NCBI GenBank assembly: GCA_002633005.1
Contig: NMRA01000042.1
Span: 184,838 to 248,837 of the forward strand
From: Phoronis australis
Taxonomy: Eukaryota; Animalia; Phoronida
Reading direction: 5' to 3'
DNA length: 64,000 nucleotides
Translations under genes and position numbers: made by a program
Shown here: positions 48,601 to 63,600 of the stretch, one piece after another
Layout of the letters: each line of letters begins with the position of its first letter
Position numbering within the stretch: position 1 is the stretch's first letter
The notes under the pieces: generated by a model
Database searches by the model: none
What the model was told of the DNA's origin: nothing
Seen by the model: the letters and a program-made list of their open reading frames with translations, nothing else

Positions 48601-51600
48601 TTATGTCAATTTTCTTGATTGTTTCCCACGATTGTTCTGGGATTACTTTATCTGGTTGCATAGTATGATCTATGCGTTGTCTAAATCATAAGTAGCATTT
48701 GTTTTTAAAACGCTTCCCCTGTGATGAGATAAAATCCTAGGACTTTTTGAAATTATGAAATATTGATTATATCAGAAATTACATGAAATCAAGTGACAAT
48801 AGTTAACAATAAACCTAGCATTTTAGATTTCATCTTGAATATTTCCATGGAAGGGATCATGGCCATGTATCCATGCCATTACTTTGCTATGAACAATTTA
48901 TTATGCGCCCACATATTTGTATGTGGTCGCATATTGCCGTCATCTCTGTCTGGGCGTCCGTCGTCCTGTGTCCAGCGTCCATAGCTGTATCTCCTAAACC
49001 CCTTACAGGATGTTAATGAGATTTGGAAGTCATGTTCCTATGAAGCTGTTGACCGTTGACAACAAATTTTAGACCTCTCGACTATAGGTGTGCCCCCTAG
49101 TGGCAATTTTATTTTTTTACGCTTACCTCTGTATCTTCGGAAGTCCTCAATGGATTTTCATAAAATTTGGCAGTTATGGTTATATAAGTAAGATGACTCT
49201 GGCCTTCATTTTCTGATGGATTCAAGATGTATTGCACCTCTTAGTGGCCTTTTTTACTGTTTTCGAGTCTGTTTTTTTGGCGTCCGCCCTTCTGTCAATC
49301 AAACTGCTCTAGGGATGATTTTGAAAATTGGCATATATATTCTTACTTTGAACAATGAGCTATACCAGGTATAGCTCATTGCTTTGAAGAGGGTGGCTGG
49401 CGATGATTTTCCTACGACTTCGACTACTGTGGCCCCTCCTAGTGGCAGTTTTGTTTGTTTTTGCACCGATGGCTGTTCCTCCTAAATGCTCTGCAGGATC
49501 TTTATTGAATATTACTGGTGTATTTATATGAAGTTGAAAGCAGAGTACGACGACTTTCGAACTATAGGTCTGCCTCCTAGTGACATTTTTTTTTTGTTTT
49601 TTACAAAATCTGTATCTTAAAAGGTTCTCAACGGATTTTCATAAATTTTAGCAAATAGGTACCTATTAGTGAGGTGACACTATCCTCTGGTTTTCATTTG
49701 AATTCAAGGTATTTTGCGCCACCTAGTGGCCATGTTTACTGTTTTCGGCATTTGCCCCTCTGTTTACCAAACTACTCAAGGGATGATTGTGGAAATTGGT
49801 ATATATGTTTCTAATGTGAAGAGGAGGGTTGATAATTTTCCAATGACTTTGACTACTGTGGTGCCTCCTAGTGACAGTTTTTTTTGCGCTCATAGCTGTA
49901 TCTCCCAAACACTCTTCTTAAATTAAATTTAGCAAATGTATTCCTATGAAGTTGAAAACGGATGACGACGACTTTTAGACGTATCTGACAAACACTGAGC
50001 ACCCTGGTGGCAATTTCATTTTTTTCGTTTTCCTCTGCTTTTTTGAAGTTCCTTTATGGATTTTTATGAAATTCAATACATAGCTCTCTAATTAAAAACG
50101 ATGGCATGTTACCGTTTTCGGATGGATTGGACATATTTTGCGCCATCTAGTGGCCATTTTTATGATACAAATAAACACCCCTAGAAGCGCTTGGGCGCAT
50201 TTCAACGCTCTGCCTTGCTCTTGTTTCAATTTCTAAAATTATACTAAAAAGGCAGTGGTTGCCTGTGCCAGTCAATGTCAGACATGCTGGTAGGTTTTAT
50301 ACAAAGTACAGGGAAGTAGTAAGGAAAGCATTCTGTAGACCTAGTTTATTGTCAGAAAAGCAAGATCTCGCAAAGTAATGACAGTGAAAGAATTGTCTTT
50401 TGCGAATGCTTGGTAGTTTACTGGCCTCTTTGCAAAATGGCGGCCATTGAAGTGATTGGTCAGTGAGGTTGGGATGTTGCATTTTGGAATTCAATAAACT
50501 GTCGCTTCAAGTGCAAACTAATGTCTTGCGGTTTGCAGAACTCATACCATTAGCTGTTAATTTACAAAAAATGTTATTCCTTTTTTCAGGTGTTGTCTTC
50601 CATGCTCTTCTACTTCAGGCTGCAAGTTCTAAAATGTGGACAATAGTTGATCTCCTCTTAAGCCATTTTGCCTCACAGGACATCAACTTAAGTGATCCAA
50701 CCCTCAAGGAACATGACAAAAGTATAACTACAGGCAACGACGGAAAAAATGCTTTACATCATCTTGTTATCAGTGGACAACGGGATCTAATCACGAAGTT
50801 TCTGTCATTGTGTCCGCCACTAGCTCTTATGTTGAGTGGACAACCTGACAACAGGAGAAGATCTGCTTTGTGGTATGCGTGTGCTTATGAGCATTGGGAC
50901 ATTGCATCTTCATTGATTTATTTCTCTGGCCAGAAGTTGTACTTTGACTATGACTTAACTGCGAGGAGACAATACTCAATTGTTTACAAGGAACTACTTG
51001 GATTATCAGCTAGACGTAAATACCAGCAGTCTGTGATCTTGTTTGAATCTTGTGGAATCGGTGAAAATTCACCAGAAGCTGTTCAGCGTGAAAATTCACC
51101 AGAAACTGTTCAAAATGAAAATTCATCAAATGCTGTTCACAGTGGAAATGCACCAGAAGGTGTTCAAACTGATAATTTTCTGAAAGCTATTCATCGTGAA
51201 AATTCACCAGAAGCTGTTCAAAGTGAGCCACCAGGAGGAACTGTTGGCATGCAGGGGATTGTTAGAAACAAATCCGGACCTGTTTTTTATTGCTTCATGG
51301 ATGTTCCTGTAAGGGAAAAACACACAGATATTTTTGGGAACATTCAACAATTCTCTGGATCGAATCAAAAGAGGTTGCATGAAAACTCTCCAGAAGCTGT
51401 TCAGAGTGAAAATTCACCAGATGCTGTTCAAAATGAAAATTCATCAAATGCTGTTCACAGTGAAAATTCTGCGGTAGCTGTTCAAACTGATAAGTGTTCG
51501 GAAGCTATTCATCATGAAAATTCACCAGAAGCTGTTCAAAGTGAGCCACCAGGAGGAGCTGTGGGCATGCAAGGGATTGTTAGAAACAAGTCTGAGCCTG

Positions 51601-54600
51601 TGTTTTATTGGTTCATGGATGTACTTGCAAGGGAAAAACACACAGATATTTTTGGGAATGTTCAACGATTCCCTGGATCGAATCAAAAGAGGTTGCATGA
51701 AAATTCACCAAAAAAAGCTGTTCACTCTGAAAAATTACCAGAAGCTGTTCAGAGTAGAAATTTACCAGAAGCTGTTCATGATAAAAATTCACCAAGAGCT
51801 GTTCAAACTGAGCCACCAGGAAGAGCTATCGCCATCCACGGGATTGTTCGGAACAAAACTAAACCTGTGTTTTATTGCTTGAGGCATGCACCACCTAGAG
51901 AAAAGCATTCTGACATTTTTGGAAATATTCAAAGGTTCTCTGAATCAAATCAAAAGAGGAGGTTGCGTGAAATACCAGAAAAATTGACAGCTCACCAAAA
52001 GATTGACGTTTTTGGTAAGATCGTAAATTTTGAGCAGAAGTCTGGACAGATGCCAGGATCATGTGAACTGATGAAAAATGTGAGGACCTTGTTGGCTTAC
52101 ATACAGACTGCTGGAGTTCCCATGCTTCACAAGGCCTGTGCTGCTGGGGATATTGCCATCGTTACTGCTCTACTTAAGCACCACCCAGAATGGCGTGACC
52201 TGTTGGATATTGGAAATCGATCTCCGTTGTTTTACGCACTCTACAATGGTAGGCTTGATATTGCCGCTCTGCTAATTGACAAAAACTGTAACATAATGGT
52301 GGGTTCTTCGCCTTTAGAAGCCATTCTGTTTTACTGTTGTAAGCTGAAATGTGCGTCATACCAACATTGTTCCTCTTTGAAAAGTATTTACTGTAAGTAT
52401 TTACCTCGCCATCAACCCTCAAAGGAAAGACATTTTGTGCATGAGACATTGAATAAGTATTGGTTACAACATGAGCCATGTTGTAGTTGTGGTTTCTGTG
52501 ACCATACACGGATTAGTGACTACAGAAGTCACATTGAGAACGAGGTCCTTCCTTTGTTTCAGCACGTGATGAAAGCAAGAGCAGTGGAGGATTGCTGTCC
52601 AGACTTTCTGTTGTCTTCCATGAGTTTTTTGTCCAATAAGGCAATCTTGAAGGCGTTTGTTGATTTTGGGGGGGAAATCAATGACAAGGAAGATTTGTCT
52701 GTGATTGGCTGTATTCTGGAGCTATCCCCATCTGGTAACCTTCTGTCACCACAGCATCACAGACTAGCAGAAGATGCTGAAGACTGTGCAGGGCTGATAG
52801 CAGGCATACAGAATAATCTGCCATTGGACAAACTGCTGCCTGTTGCTACTGAAAAGATGTTGTGGAACATTTTGAGTGCCTTTGCACATAGCAGCAATGC
52901 AAGAGATGCCTATTTAAAGCACCTCTGGTGTGCTGTTTTAAATCAGGCTTCGTTTCATGGAAAAACAGCGTTAGTTTCTCAGCTGCTTCCGTTATTCAGT
53001 GGTGAGAATAACGATGACAAAGTACAGCTTACATTAGCATTGCATTGTGCTGCACACAAACAGCATGCAGATGTTGTCAATCTCCTTCTTCGTTTTGCAG
53101 TACAGGTTGATTGTTCATTCACACAAGAAGAATGTGATGCTCTGAAGTACCGAGAATATCCAAGTCCTGGTTGGAGTTCCCTTCATTGGGCAGCTGTAGG
53201 AGGCTGCTATCAGATTTTAGAGATGCTACTTGCCAGCTGTTCAAATACCATTGATGAGTTGACGCACATCGAACTTCTATTCATTGCTGCTGCGTATGGT
53301 CACGAAACTATTGTGAAAAACTTGTTGACAGAGGACCTGTCAATCACCCCTCGGATGCCCTCCCGATTTAACAAAAGAATTGATACAAGATCTGTGATTC
53401 TTACATGCGCTAAGAATGGACATTTTCAACTTTGTGTTTATCTGGTGGAAAATTTTGGTTGTGACCTTTCCGAGGTTACTGCTGGACAAAATCTTTATCA
53501 TTATGCATCTAGAAGAGGTTGTGATTGGTTCATTGACTTCCTGCTGTCTTCTAATATTCAAGGATATGGCACAGTAGATGAGTATGGCTATGCACCTGTG
53601 ATTTATGCCCAAGTCATGGGACATATCTCATTGACTCAAGTCATTCTAGATTACTGCAAATCGCAAGAAGAAGAACAAGTGCTCTTTCGGGAAGATGGCA
53701 TCCCATTAAGTATTGGCTGGTTCAAGACATTAATGGCGGTAAACAAAGATGCGCCTTGCAATTCCAATGTGGGCATTTCTCAAAACTCAAATTATTCCTT
53801 GAAGGATCAACCAGTAGATGGTATATCTTATGCACTGATGCACGGAGAAGATATGGTTGCCTACATGATGATTCAAGCTAGTAGAAATCTTGAGTTCAAC
53901 TTTTTCATTGCTTTGGAGAATGGAGCAACCATGTTGCATTATGCTGCAAAAGGTGGCGCCGTGAATTCTCTGAGGGAGCTGCTAGACATTCTTACAACAT
54001 CACAAGCCTATGATGCTTTAATTAATCTAAATTTCCATGACAACAAGGGATACTCTGCTCTTGCATATGCTGTGGAATATGGACACGTTGACTGCATTGA
54101 CTTGCTCACTTCATTTAACACTGACTTGTATTGGGAAAATCCAAAGTCAAAGGAAAATCTTTTGCATCTTGCAGTACGCAGTAAACACAAACATGTTGCA
54201 GAGGCTGTTTTGTCTGCTTGTGATCAGTCATTGCTCATCATGGGTGACAGCTTTGGAATAGTTCCCTATGGTTATGCTTGTGCTCTTGGAAGAGCGAACG
54301 AATTCTCTGAATTGTTGGTTAACTGTGTGGACAAAGAAGCTCATCAGGATCATCTGTCTTGTGGCACAGTGGACTACACCTGCCTCCAGTGTTTATTTAG
54401 CTGTGGCTTTGGTTGGAGCAGGTACATCACCAGCCCTGATATGATTCAACAAGGTATGCTGTCTGGGTTGTCTTGCATGGAAACAACCTTAAAATTTCAC
54501 CGGGACAAGATTAAATGGATTTGTAACCTTATGAAGTCCTGCCAAGGAAACAAATCACTGTTGAAAGCATTTCTTCGTCTTTCTGGTTTTGATGAAGATG

Positions 54601-57600
54601 TGTTTCAAGCCACTTGTTGTTTGAAGCAAACTATGGGCTTTGCTCATGTAACTCATTTAAATGAAAAGGCTGTGAGGGTACTTTTCAATGGCAACCAGAG
54701 GGAAGGAGGTTGTGAGGTGTTGATTCGAACGCTGTGCCTGCAACCATTGGCTCTCTCTGTTGAGAGCTTGATGCAATTTGAAAAGGAGTTTCCGAGTGAA
54801 ATGGCTTGGGTGTATGAAAGTATGGCTACACAAAGAGAACAGTACTTGTACAGTTCTGCAGAAATAGCTATTGCCATGGGCCAGTACACTGCGTTTAGCT
54901 TCTTAGCTGATAGGTCAGCCAACGCTATCAGTGAAGAATTTGATGCCAATATTGCCTCCTCGCTTCCTTTGAAGTCACAGTGGATGCTTGGGAAGCGCAG
55001 AGTTCAGGATGAGCTCTGGATGGAGACTGTAGCTCGAGTGTGGTGTCCTACTGACCGTCTTAATGATGCTGATGTATGGCTTGCAGCTAATTGGCCCTCT
55101 TCAGTCTTACCTGTGCTGCAGAAATACAACCGCCACCATTTCAAAGAAACCACCATTCATTTGCCTGGTGTAGCTATTGAGTGTGATTACGATTCATTCT
55201 CACGCAATGCTGTTCGACATGGGATAGCTGAGTTTACATTACGAGCCCTGCTGAACTCCAGCATCATTGTCAGTCAAGTTTTATCAATTAAATGCATAAT
55301 CGATACATATTCTAATATGTGGGACAAAACTACGCGCTTTGTGAAGTGTGTTGATGCTGAATGTTGGTCAGAGACCAGTGTGGGATCCTCTGCACTGTTG
55401 CCATTTGCTGTTTCACCAAGATACAATGGATGTGTTCAAGTAATTGCCTCAGATGTGACTGACACAAAAGCGGAGACACGTGCTAGAAGGCAAAGGTTGC
55501 TGGACCACTTGAAAGCGTCAGTTCAGGCTCTAGAAAATCAGGTAAATTTTCTGTGACTATTTAATTTATAATTCTGAGAAAATCTCAGCATATATATCCT
55601 CATTGACGTACACTTGTTAATCTATTTCTTGAGTAGACAGGATACATTTGGTAGCGTTATTCCAAGTGACTTATTCATTTTACCAGAAAGAGATAACCAT
55701 ATCTCTTCCTGGTTTTAGTGATGCTTCCGTAAAAAATATTAAGTCAGTTCTGGACATTTTTGTAACTGAATCAAGACGTGCTTCACTGGTCGTGTTCTGT
55801 TGAGCAAGTACGGTGAGGTCTTGTAAGACTACGGGTGATTGTTTCACAAATAAGCTCAGAACTAATTACTTGTGTACACTTGCAATACGGCGGCCTCTAA
55901 CGTGATTGGTTGACAAGAGAGGAATGTTGAATTATGGGATAGAATTCACTATTTCTGTTCCATAAGTGATGATTTATTGCTTCAAGTGTGTTGTGTTTAT
56001 GAAAAATACACCTGATTTGTTTTTTTCAAACTTGCCTCTTGGTCATTCCTTGTAGGTTAATGAAGAACTAGGGCTTGATGTTGACATTGACCTTGAAGTA
56101 CATTCATCACTGCACACCTGTGATTTGGTGGATTTGGAAAAGGTAGTTGATGAGACCAGTAGCTCATTCCTTGGTGGTCTTGACAAAACTTTGAAAGACT
56201 GCATAGAGATATATTCAATCATACATTCCTATACAGACAAGCAAGACCTGGCAAGAATAACCAACAGCTTAAAGGTCCTTGAGACAATCACTTTATCCTT
56301 TATGTCATGCAGTGAAGATGTCTACGATTCAGATGCCAGTCGTGTCTTTGGTATTGGGGACCAAGCATTTCATTGGAAGTGTAACGTATCTGGCCAGAAC
56401 CCATCCTATCAGTTTTCATTCCCGTGGTGGCGAATCTTGAGATTGGAGATGTTAAGTATGATCTGCTTGTCAAGGCCATCAGGTTTGTCTGTGGTCGTAG
56501 ACTGGGAAACTTTTGTAGACATTGAAGGTCACATGGAATTGGAAAGGATTGTAGCCATCTCGCTCCCCTATGTGGTGAATCAAGTGTCTGTCGTGTATAA
56601 ATCCAATGTTCATATCACGACCATGTTCAGAAGTTTACGGATTGCATGTTGCTCAGAAGAGTCTGATATGGTTATCTCCCGGGGTGTAAATGATGGTGAG
56701 ATTAACCTGAAGTTAATCATTGGTGGTATGGTTGGAGGTAAGAGGTCCATGAAATTTCCCAAGATTGTGAAATTCTTCCACAATGTCTTGTATGAAGATC
56801 TTATGAACTCTGATAAACTACCCATGCTGAAAATGACATTGAAAGAATCGCTTGGAAAACACATAGGCCATGTGAAGACATTCTTAGCTGGTGGATCTAT
56901 CAAGTTGTCTTATGTTTGGCACTCATTAGATGCCCTTCTTAAGAAGTTATGTGAAACAGACGAGCACTTTAGTGACCCTTTTGATGTGATTAAAAACATC
57001 TGGGTTAATGTATTTTGTCCGTCAGTCTTGCAACACTACCGCAGTGTCGTTGGTGATTTCATACATGATACGGAAAGTTTGCTGCAAGGAGTGCCTAGGT
57101 GCAGCTTTGAAAATGAGCAGATTTTCTGGTGGAACTGTCATAAACTGGCATCTACAGACTTTGTTGTTGGCATGGGTGTTTGGAAACCATGCGTCTTACA
57201 TAATGTAGATCTTGCATCAAAGGTGCTGTTTTGGTTGAATAGTTCAGTGATGACCCCAGATGGATTAGGAGCTGATGGCTGCCACAAGATTGACATGTGT
57301 TGGACACCCAGGGGGTATTACATATGTCATAACAGAAAAGAGAGCATGGCAAAAAGGCAAGTGGGCAAACATATAAAACCATGTCGCAAAGGCAGTGCAT
57401 CTGGTGCGCGAAAATTTTCAGTTGAAACCAAGAAGAGCATTTGTACTGCTGGGTGCTGTTACCATAGGCAACTGATTGCAGTGAGTGCAGCTGAACTCAG
57501 TGAACACATGCAAGAGACACCTGGCATGCAGCCAGAATTTCTATCTTACGAAGGCATGCTCTTCACAATTGGAGGTCAAGCTGAAATTAAGAAGTTGTTG

Positions 57601-60600
57601 AATGTAATTCCTCAGAGTCTAACCATCTCCTTCAGTACTTCTGCGGATCTAACAGATGAATTCTGCATCGAAAACTTCATCAAACACAGCCTTGCTTGGG
57701 CAAAATCACAAAGAGTTAAGGTGGATCATGAATTCCCAGTAACATTAATGCCGGCGTATTCCAATGTGATAATTCAGCCATTCCCTGTCAGGTTTAGGAT
57801 GGACGTTGGTGATTTCTACAGGAAACTTGAATCTGATGAAGGCGCTGAAAGCCAAGTTCTTGATATCCAAGATAGAGTTCTTGCTTCCCTGTATGCGGCT
57901 GCACACTGGGAAGACAAGGCAACAAAGACTAGGTAAGTTGTTTGAAAATTTGTAGTGAGTGTTCTCATGCTGTCAGAGGCTGGAATTTGCATCATTCTTC
58001 AAATAGGTAATATGAAACTAGTTTGGAATAGTTTTTAAACCATCAAACACTCAATAAACGGCCGCTTTAAACTTAAGTGGTAAGTCACTGTATTTTGGAA
58101 CTTGGAGTTATTTCCTTTGTCTTACAAAATGTTCTGGCATCATTTTCTGCCTTTTGTTTCTGAGAAATGCAGTAATTGTTGAACGGTGTGTCATGTCGCG
58201 TAACTGTTTGTTGTGAAGTCGCAGTTTTTGGATACTGAACTCGTTTCACATTTATGTAAAACTTTGTGATTTTTGTGTTTTTCAGTTAAGGTTGTTAGTT
58301 TGAAAGCTTCATAATTTTTCTTTCAGAACAAAATCAGTACCCTGCCAGCAGACTGCATTCACCAAGCAGACGTTTTCTCAAGGAAAATCGAAGAATCTTG
58401 TCTGTCAGTATATTCACCATGTTCATGTTAAAAGCACAAAACCATTTGCAGGGTCTTCAGAAGATGTCATCTGTAAAAGGCAAGGGTCTTCTGCAGAACC
58501 TTTTGATCTGATGCTTTCTTCAGAGGGCACTTTGGATGTCATCGTGACGGCACCTCTTGAAGATGGCAACCTGTGTTTATCTAAACGTACTCTGAACAAG
58601 ACTATGTTTGGTTTAATGAAACAGATCAGATGCCATTCCATGAGACTCCTTGTTCGCAGCGTCATCATTGAACCTTTGTGTGAAGGGCTTTCTAGAATTT
58701 TGAAGAAGACCATTCCTGAGGAAATGATAATTCTACAGCACCATCTTCAGAAAGGCAAGATCGTCACCTTTGTGAATATGACCATGCAGATGCTTGAAAC
58801 ATTCCTATTGTGCAAAGTGTACATAGTCGATGATGTCTTGGATGCCCTGCAGTTTATTTGTGACAATGTTCCACAGCTGGCTGCTAAGTTGGTGGACAAG
58901 TTCGAATTGTACCACATCGGCACGTTCTCAACTAAGAGCGATGTAAAGCCATCTCTTACTTTGAAGAATGGTCATCTGAGATATGTCTGGCCATTTGAAG
59001 ACATGATCTCAGCACCATTTCCAGTGTTTGTTAGGAGTCCACAAATTATTCACCACCTTGTTTCCAAAAAGTTGAAAATTCCCAATGACAAAGTGGATTC
59101 CTTACAGAATACTGTCTGTCTTAGCTACTGCAGACTTATTAAGAAAGAGAGCTACAAGCTGTTTTACCCCGATGATTTTCAAAAAATCTCCCTGTCGGTT
59201 GCACTGTGTAATGTTTATCAAGACATTATATCTTGTGCTCAAGTGAACTGTTCAGATGTGACAGTTGAACTGTTGCACGTGATCAATAAGGGCATTCTGG
59301 GTATTATTGGGGTGCAGTCTTTTGCAGTCAACAAAGGAGTTCTCAAGTTAGTAATCAAGGTGGACACTTTTCAAGATGCTTCAGTACAGGACAGTCTTGT
59401 TGTTATCAAGCTGCATGGTGTTTCCATTAGTGGCAGTCCATTCTATGTTGGAAAAACATGGTCGCACATGTTAAGACAGGGTGCATCTTCTGGCCCACAA
59501 GCTGGCATGAGTCCAAGAACATCAGTTTTAGAAGTAGTTGCTGGAAAAGAATTTCCTCTTATTCTAGAGCATAAGCAAATGCCTCATTTGTCATTTGAGA
59601 AAATTGCTGAACAGTGCCAGAATGTCAGTCAGACCCATTTTAAGCACATGGTCGAGAGGAAAAGAAAGCAATCTGAAAGAGGTGTGGGTCGAACATACCA
59701 GCTGTTTGACTGTGGCCACCGTGTTGCTCTCTTTCATAAGCATTTGACAGAAGGGGATGGCATTATTTTCAAAAGTGGCATTGTGTCTGCAGGAAAGAAT
59801 TCCAGCATGTTGAAGCTCAGACCTGGCAAAGCTGGTGAGACCCGGTTCCTGGTGAAGTGCAAATGTTGTCAAGACTTTCTCAGTATTATGTCTCCTGTAG
59901 GCTTCTCACCTCCATCCCAACCTGTTCGTCTGAAAACATTGGTTGGCGAGCTTCACCCATACAGCTGTGTATTGTTGGACTTGGATTCTATGGGTATGTT
60001 TAGATTGTATGAGGTTTTTAGCTTAAAATTCTAGTTTCTTTTACATGTTCTCAAAATGTAGTTCTCTAATTAATTGTGAAATATAGCCTTTGGCAGACCA
60101 ACCGAAAATATATACTTAGACTTATGCTTCGCTGTTTTGTGTCAAAATGTGCTGAGAAGTTGGAACCTAAGGTACTCTGTTGAACTGAATGGGTGATAAG
60201 CTGCTTTAGGCCTGCCCCTTTCAGTGCAAAACTGAATTTGTGTTCATTTATACAAAAAGTGTGGATGTTCAAAACATTTTTATGCACCCACATTTTATAC
60301 GTGGGCGCATTATGCCATCTGCTCATCCTGCTCTCCACCATCCGTCCGACGTTTGCTGCCATATCTTCGAAACCCCTGAGGATGGTTGGTCATGGAATTT
60401 TGTTTTTCATGTATGGGATGGTGTGATGATATTTTCAGACTGCGGTAATCTGACTACCTGTATATCCCCTTGTAACAATGTTAGTTTTCACATATGGCTC
60501 TGTATCTTTGAAATTCCGTAATATGTTACTTTCATGAAATTTCCTAGCTAGGCATCTACTAGAGAGACGATGCCACCTCCCTGTTGTCAAATGGATTCAA

Positions 60601-63600
60601 TGTATTTTGTGCCATTTAGTTAAAGTGAATATATTGCCATCATGTTGTTCAGTTCTTAGGTTGTCCAGGTGTCTGCTCGATTCCAATGAAACTTGACAAA
60701 GAGTTATATGCAATGCACGGACAACATTGATTTTTGGGCACATTTGACCAATGCAGCACCTCTTTGTACCCGTTTTGGGGAAGGCCGTTTCCAGATGATA
60801 TCTACAGTTCTATTGACGGATTATACTAAAACTTGACAAAGAGGTATGTGATGCCAATCTGCCAGCACCATTAAATTTTCAGACGGATTTGATTACAGCT
60901 GTACCTCCAAGTGACCATTTTGTTTGTGAGAAAGGGTCTTTCAAGTATTTAGATATGAGCATTTCCAGGTGACGAATATTTGTGAAACTTATTACTCATG
61001 TATGTGATGACAATGTGTCAGCACCATTTGATTTTCAGGCCAATTTAACCACTTTAGCACCTCCTAGTGGCCATTTTGTTCTGGGCAAGGGGCTTTTTCA
61101 GCGTAATTGTTTGTTGGAATAGTGTTTCCAAATGACACCAAAAGATCTGATTATCGGATTTCAATGAAACTTTACACAGATGTATAATATTATTATATGA
61201 TGTCAATGCACCAGCATCATTTGATTTTTTGATGGATTGGACCACTGCAGCACCTCCAACTGGCCATTTTAGGGAAATGTGTTTCTGAACGATTTCTAGA
61301 GAACCAACTGACGGATTTTAATGACAGTTGACTCAGAGATATGGTATATCTATGTGCTGTCTCCATTGAATTTTCGGGCAGTTTCTACCACTGCAGCACC
61401 TCTTTGTGTGGCCATTTTGTTCTCAACAGGGACGTTTTCAAGTGTTGTTTGTTGATAGAACATTTCCAGATGATATATAGAGAACTAATTGACTGGTTTC
61501 AGTGAAACTTTACACAGTGGTAAATGATAATTGTTACCTGACACCATCAAATCTGTGGGTTGATTTGACCACTGCAGCAGGGCGTAGAGGCCATTTTGTT
61601 CTTGGAAAGAAGCTTTTCAAAAGCTGTTTTGGGCAGAGCATTTAGGGATGATATCTAGAGAACTAAATGGTGGATTCCAATGAAACTAGACTCAGAGATA
61701 TAATATGATGACAATGTGCCAGCACTGTTTGATTTTAGGGCTGATTCGATTGATGCATCACCTCCTAGTGGTCACTAGAAACATATTGTTTGTGGTGCAT
61801 CATTGGTGCGTGTGAACACCCCAGAATTTTTGTAATTGTTGCTGTTTTTTGCCCNGTGCCCCTCTCTTTCATCCAAACCACTCTAAGCATCGTTTTTAAA
61901 ATCTGACTGTTTTAACTACTGTGGTGTCCCCAAGTAGCAGTCATTTTCTTTTTTCTCGTCTTCAGCTGTTTCTCCTAAACTCCTGTAGGATCTTTGTGAC
62001 ATTTGTCAAGTGTATTTCCACAAAGATAGCAATGGATGACGACTTTCAAACCTATCTGACTACCCTAGGGCCTATTCTAGTTTTTTATATTTTTCTCTGT
62101 ATCTTCATAGTTCTTAAACAGATTTTCACGAAATTTGCCAAATAAGAATCATTATGAAAATTGGCATATGTGTTTTTTCTGGTAAGTGCATTCCGGACAA
62201 TTTTTGGACAGGTTCGACTGTTCTGGCAATATTTTGTGACAATTTTTATTTTCACATGTGGCTCAATATCTGCCACGTTCCTTGATGTCTCTTCATGACA
62301 TATGTATGTGTTTTTATTGAGAATTGTGCAACTTATGCTGGTTTTGTGACATCCGACTACTGCGTAGACCCCTTAATAAGTGGCAATTTTTGTGTTGCAT
62401 TCGTGTTGATGGCTATCAATTGGTGGTGAGTGTTCTTACTGAGACGATGTCTGGCAATGATTTTCAGACTACTCTGAATTTTTTTTTGAATCCATGGCTT
62501 TATCTTTTAAACCAATCTGTAGGATCTTTGTTAAATTTGTCTAGTGTTTGAGTTGGAAGTTGGCAATTTTAATTTTTCTCATTCTCCTCTCTATCTTTGG
62601 AGATCCTTGACGTATTTTTATGAAATTTGGAAAATAGGTTTGTGTTAAATGAGGCATTGACATCTTCTTGCTTTCAGATGGGCCGTTTTTATTATTTTCG
62701 AGTGTTTTCAATATCCACCTTTTTATCAGCCAAACCACTCTAAGAATTGCTATGAATATTCATTTGTTCATTGGAAAGAACATGGCAGACAATGATTTTT
62801 GGACAATTTTGACTATTGTGGCACCCCCTATTGGCAGTTACACTTTTTCACATTCACAGCTACTTTTCCTAAGCCTCTGCAGGATCTTCATGAATTGTGG
62901 CAAGTGTATTTTTTGAATGTGACTATGGATGACGACTTTTGGATGGATCTGACTATCGCTGTGCCTCTTACTGTCATTCTTAATTGATATTTGCTTACGA
63001 TCTTGGCAGGTGTGTGCCTATTAAGTAGAGCATTGCTGACATGCTGTGTAACCACCAGAGGCTATTTCTAAGTTTACTAGCACTGCTCCCTTTAGTGTTT
63101 AAAAGAGTAATCATATAGGCGTCACATTGCTCTTGTTATTGTCTTTGTTAAGTTCTTGTTGCCTTCCTGCCCATCTTCCAAACTGCGTGAAAATCATAAT
63201 GAAGAGAGGCAGATGCGTTCCTATTGAGCAGAGCATTGTGCAATTGCTTTGCAACCCCCAGGGGGAATGTTTGAAATATTGGAAGTAATCATCTCTTGTA
63301 GCTGCGCTATTTGTGATGCATACGCTAGGCACATATTAACGCTGCGGTGCTCTTGTTTTAGTCATCAGTTAATGCTTGCTCAGTTCTAAGTTTCATTAAT
63401 GTTCTTACATGCTTCCAAATTTAAATCTATACCACAATGCTTTTCTTACTGTTGTAGATGGTGGTAGAATTTTGACAAAGCCAAAAATGTCTCTCACGTT
63501 TACTGCAACGGAAAATGCGCAGTTTGGTGTGCAGTTGTTTGACATTGCTGGAAATGTGATTCCTTCTAACCAGCTCAAAGCACTTCCCACATTTTCACTC

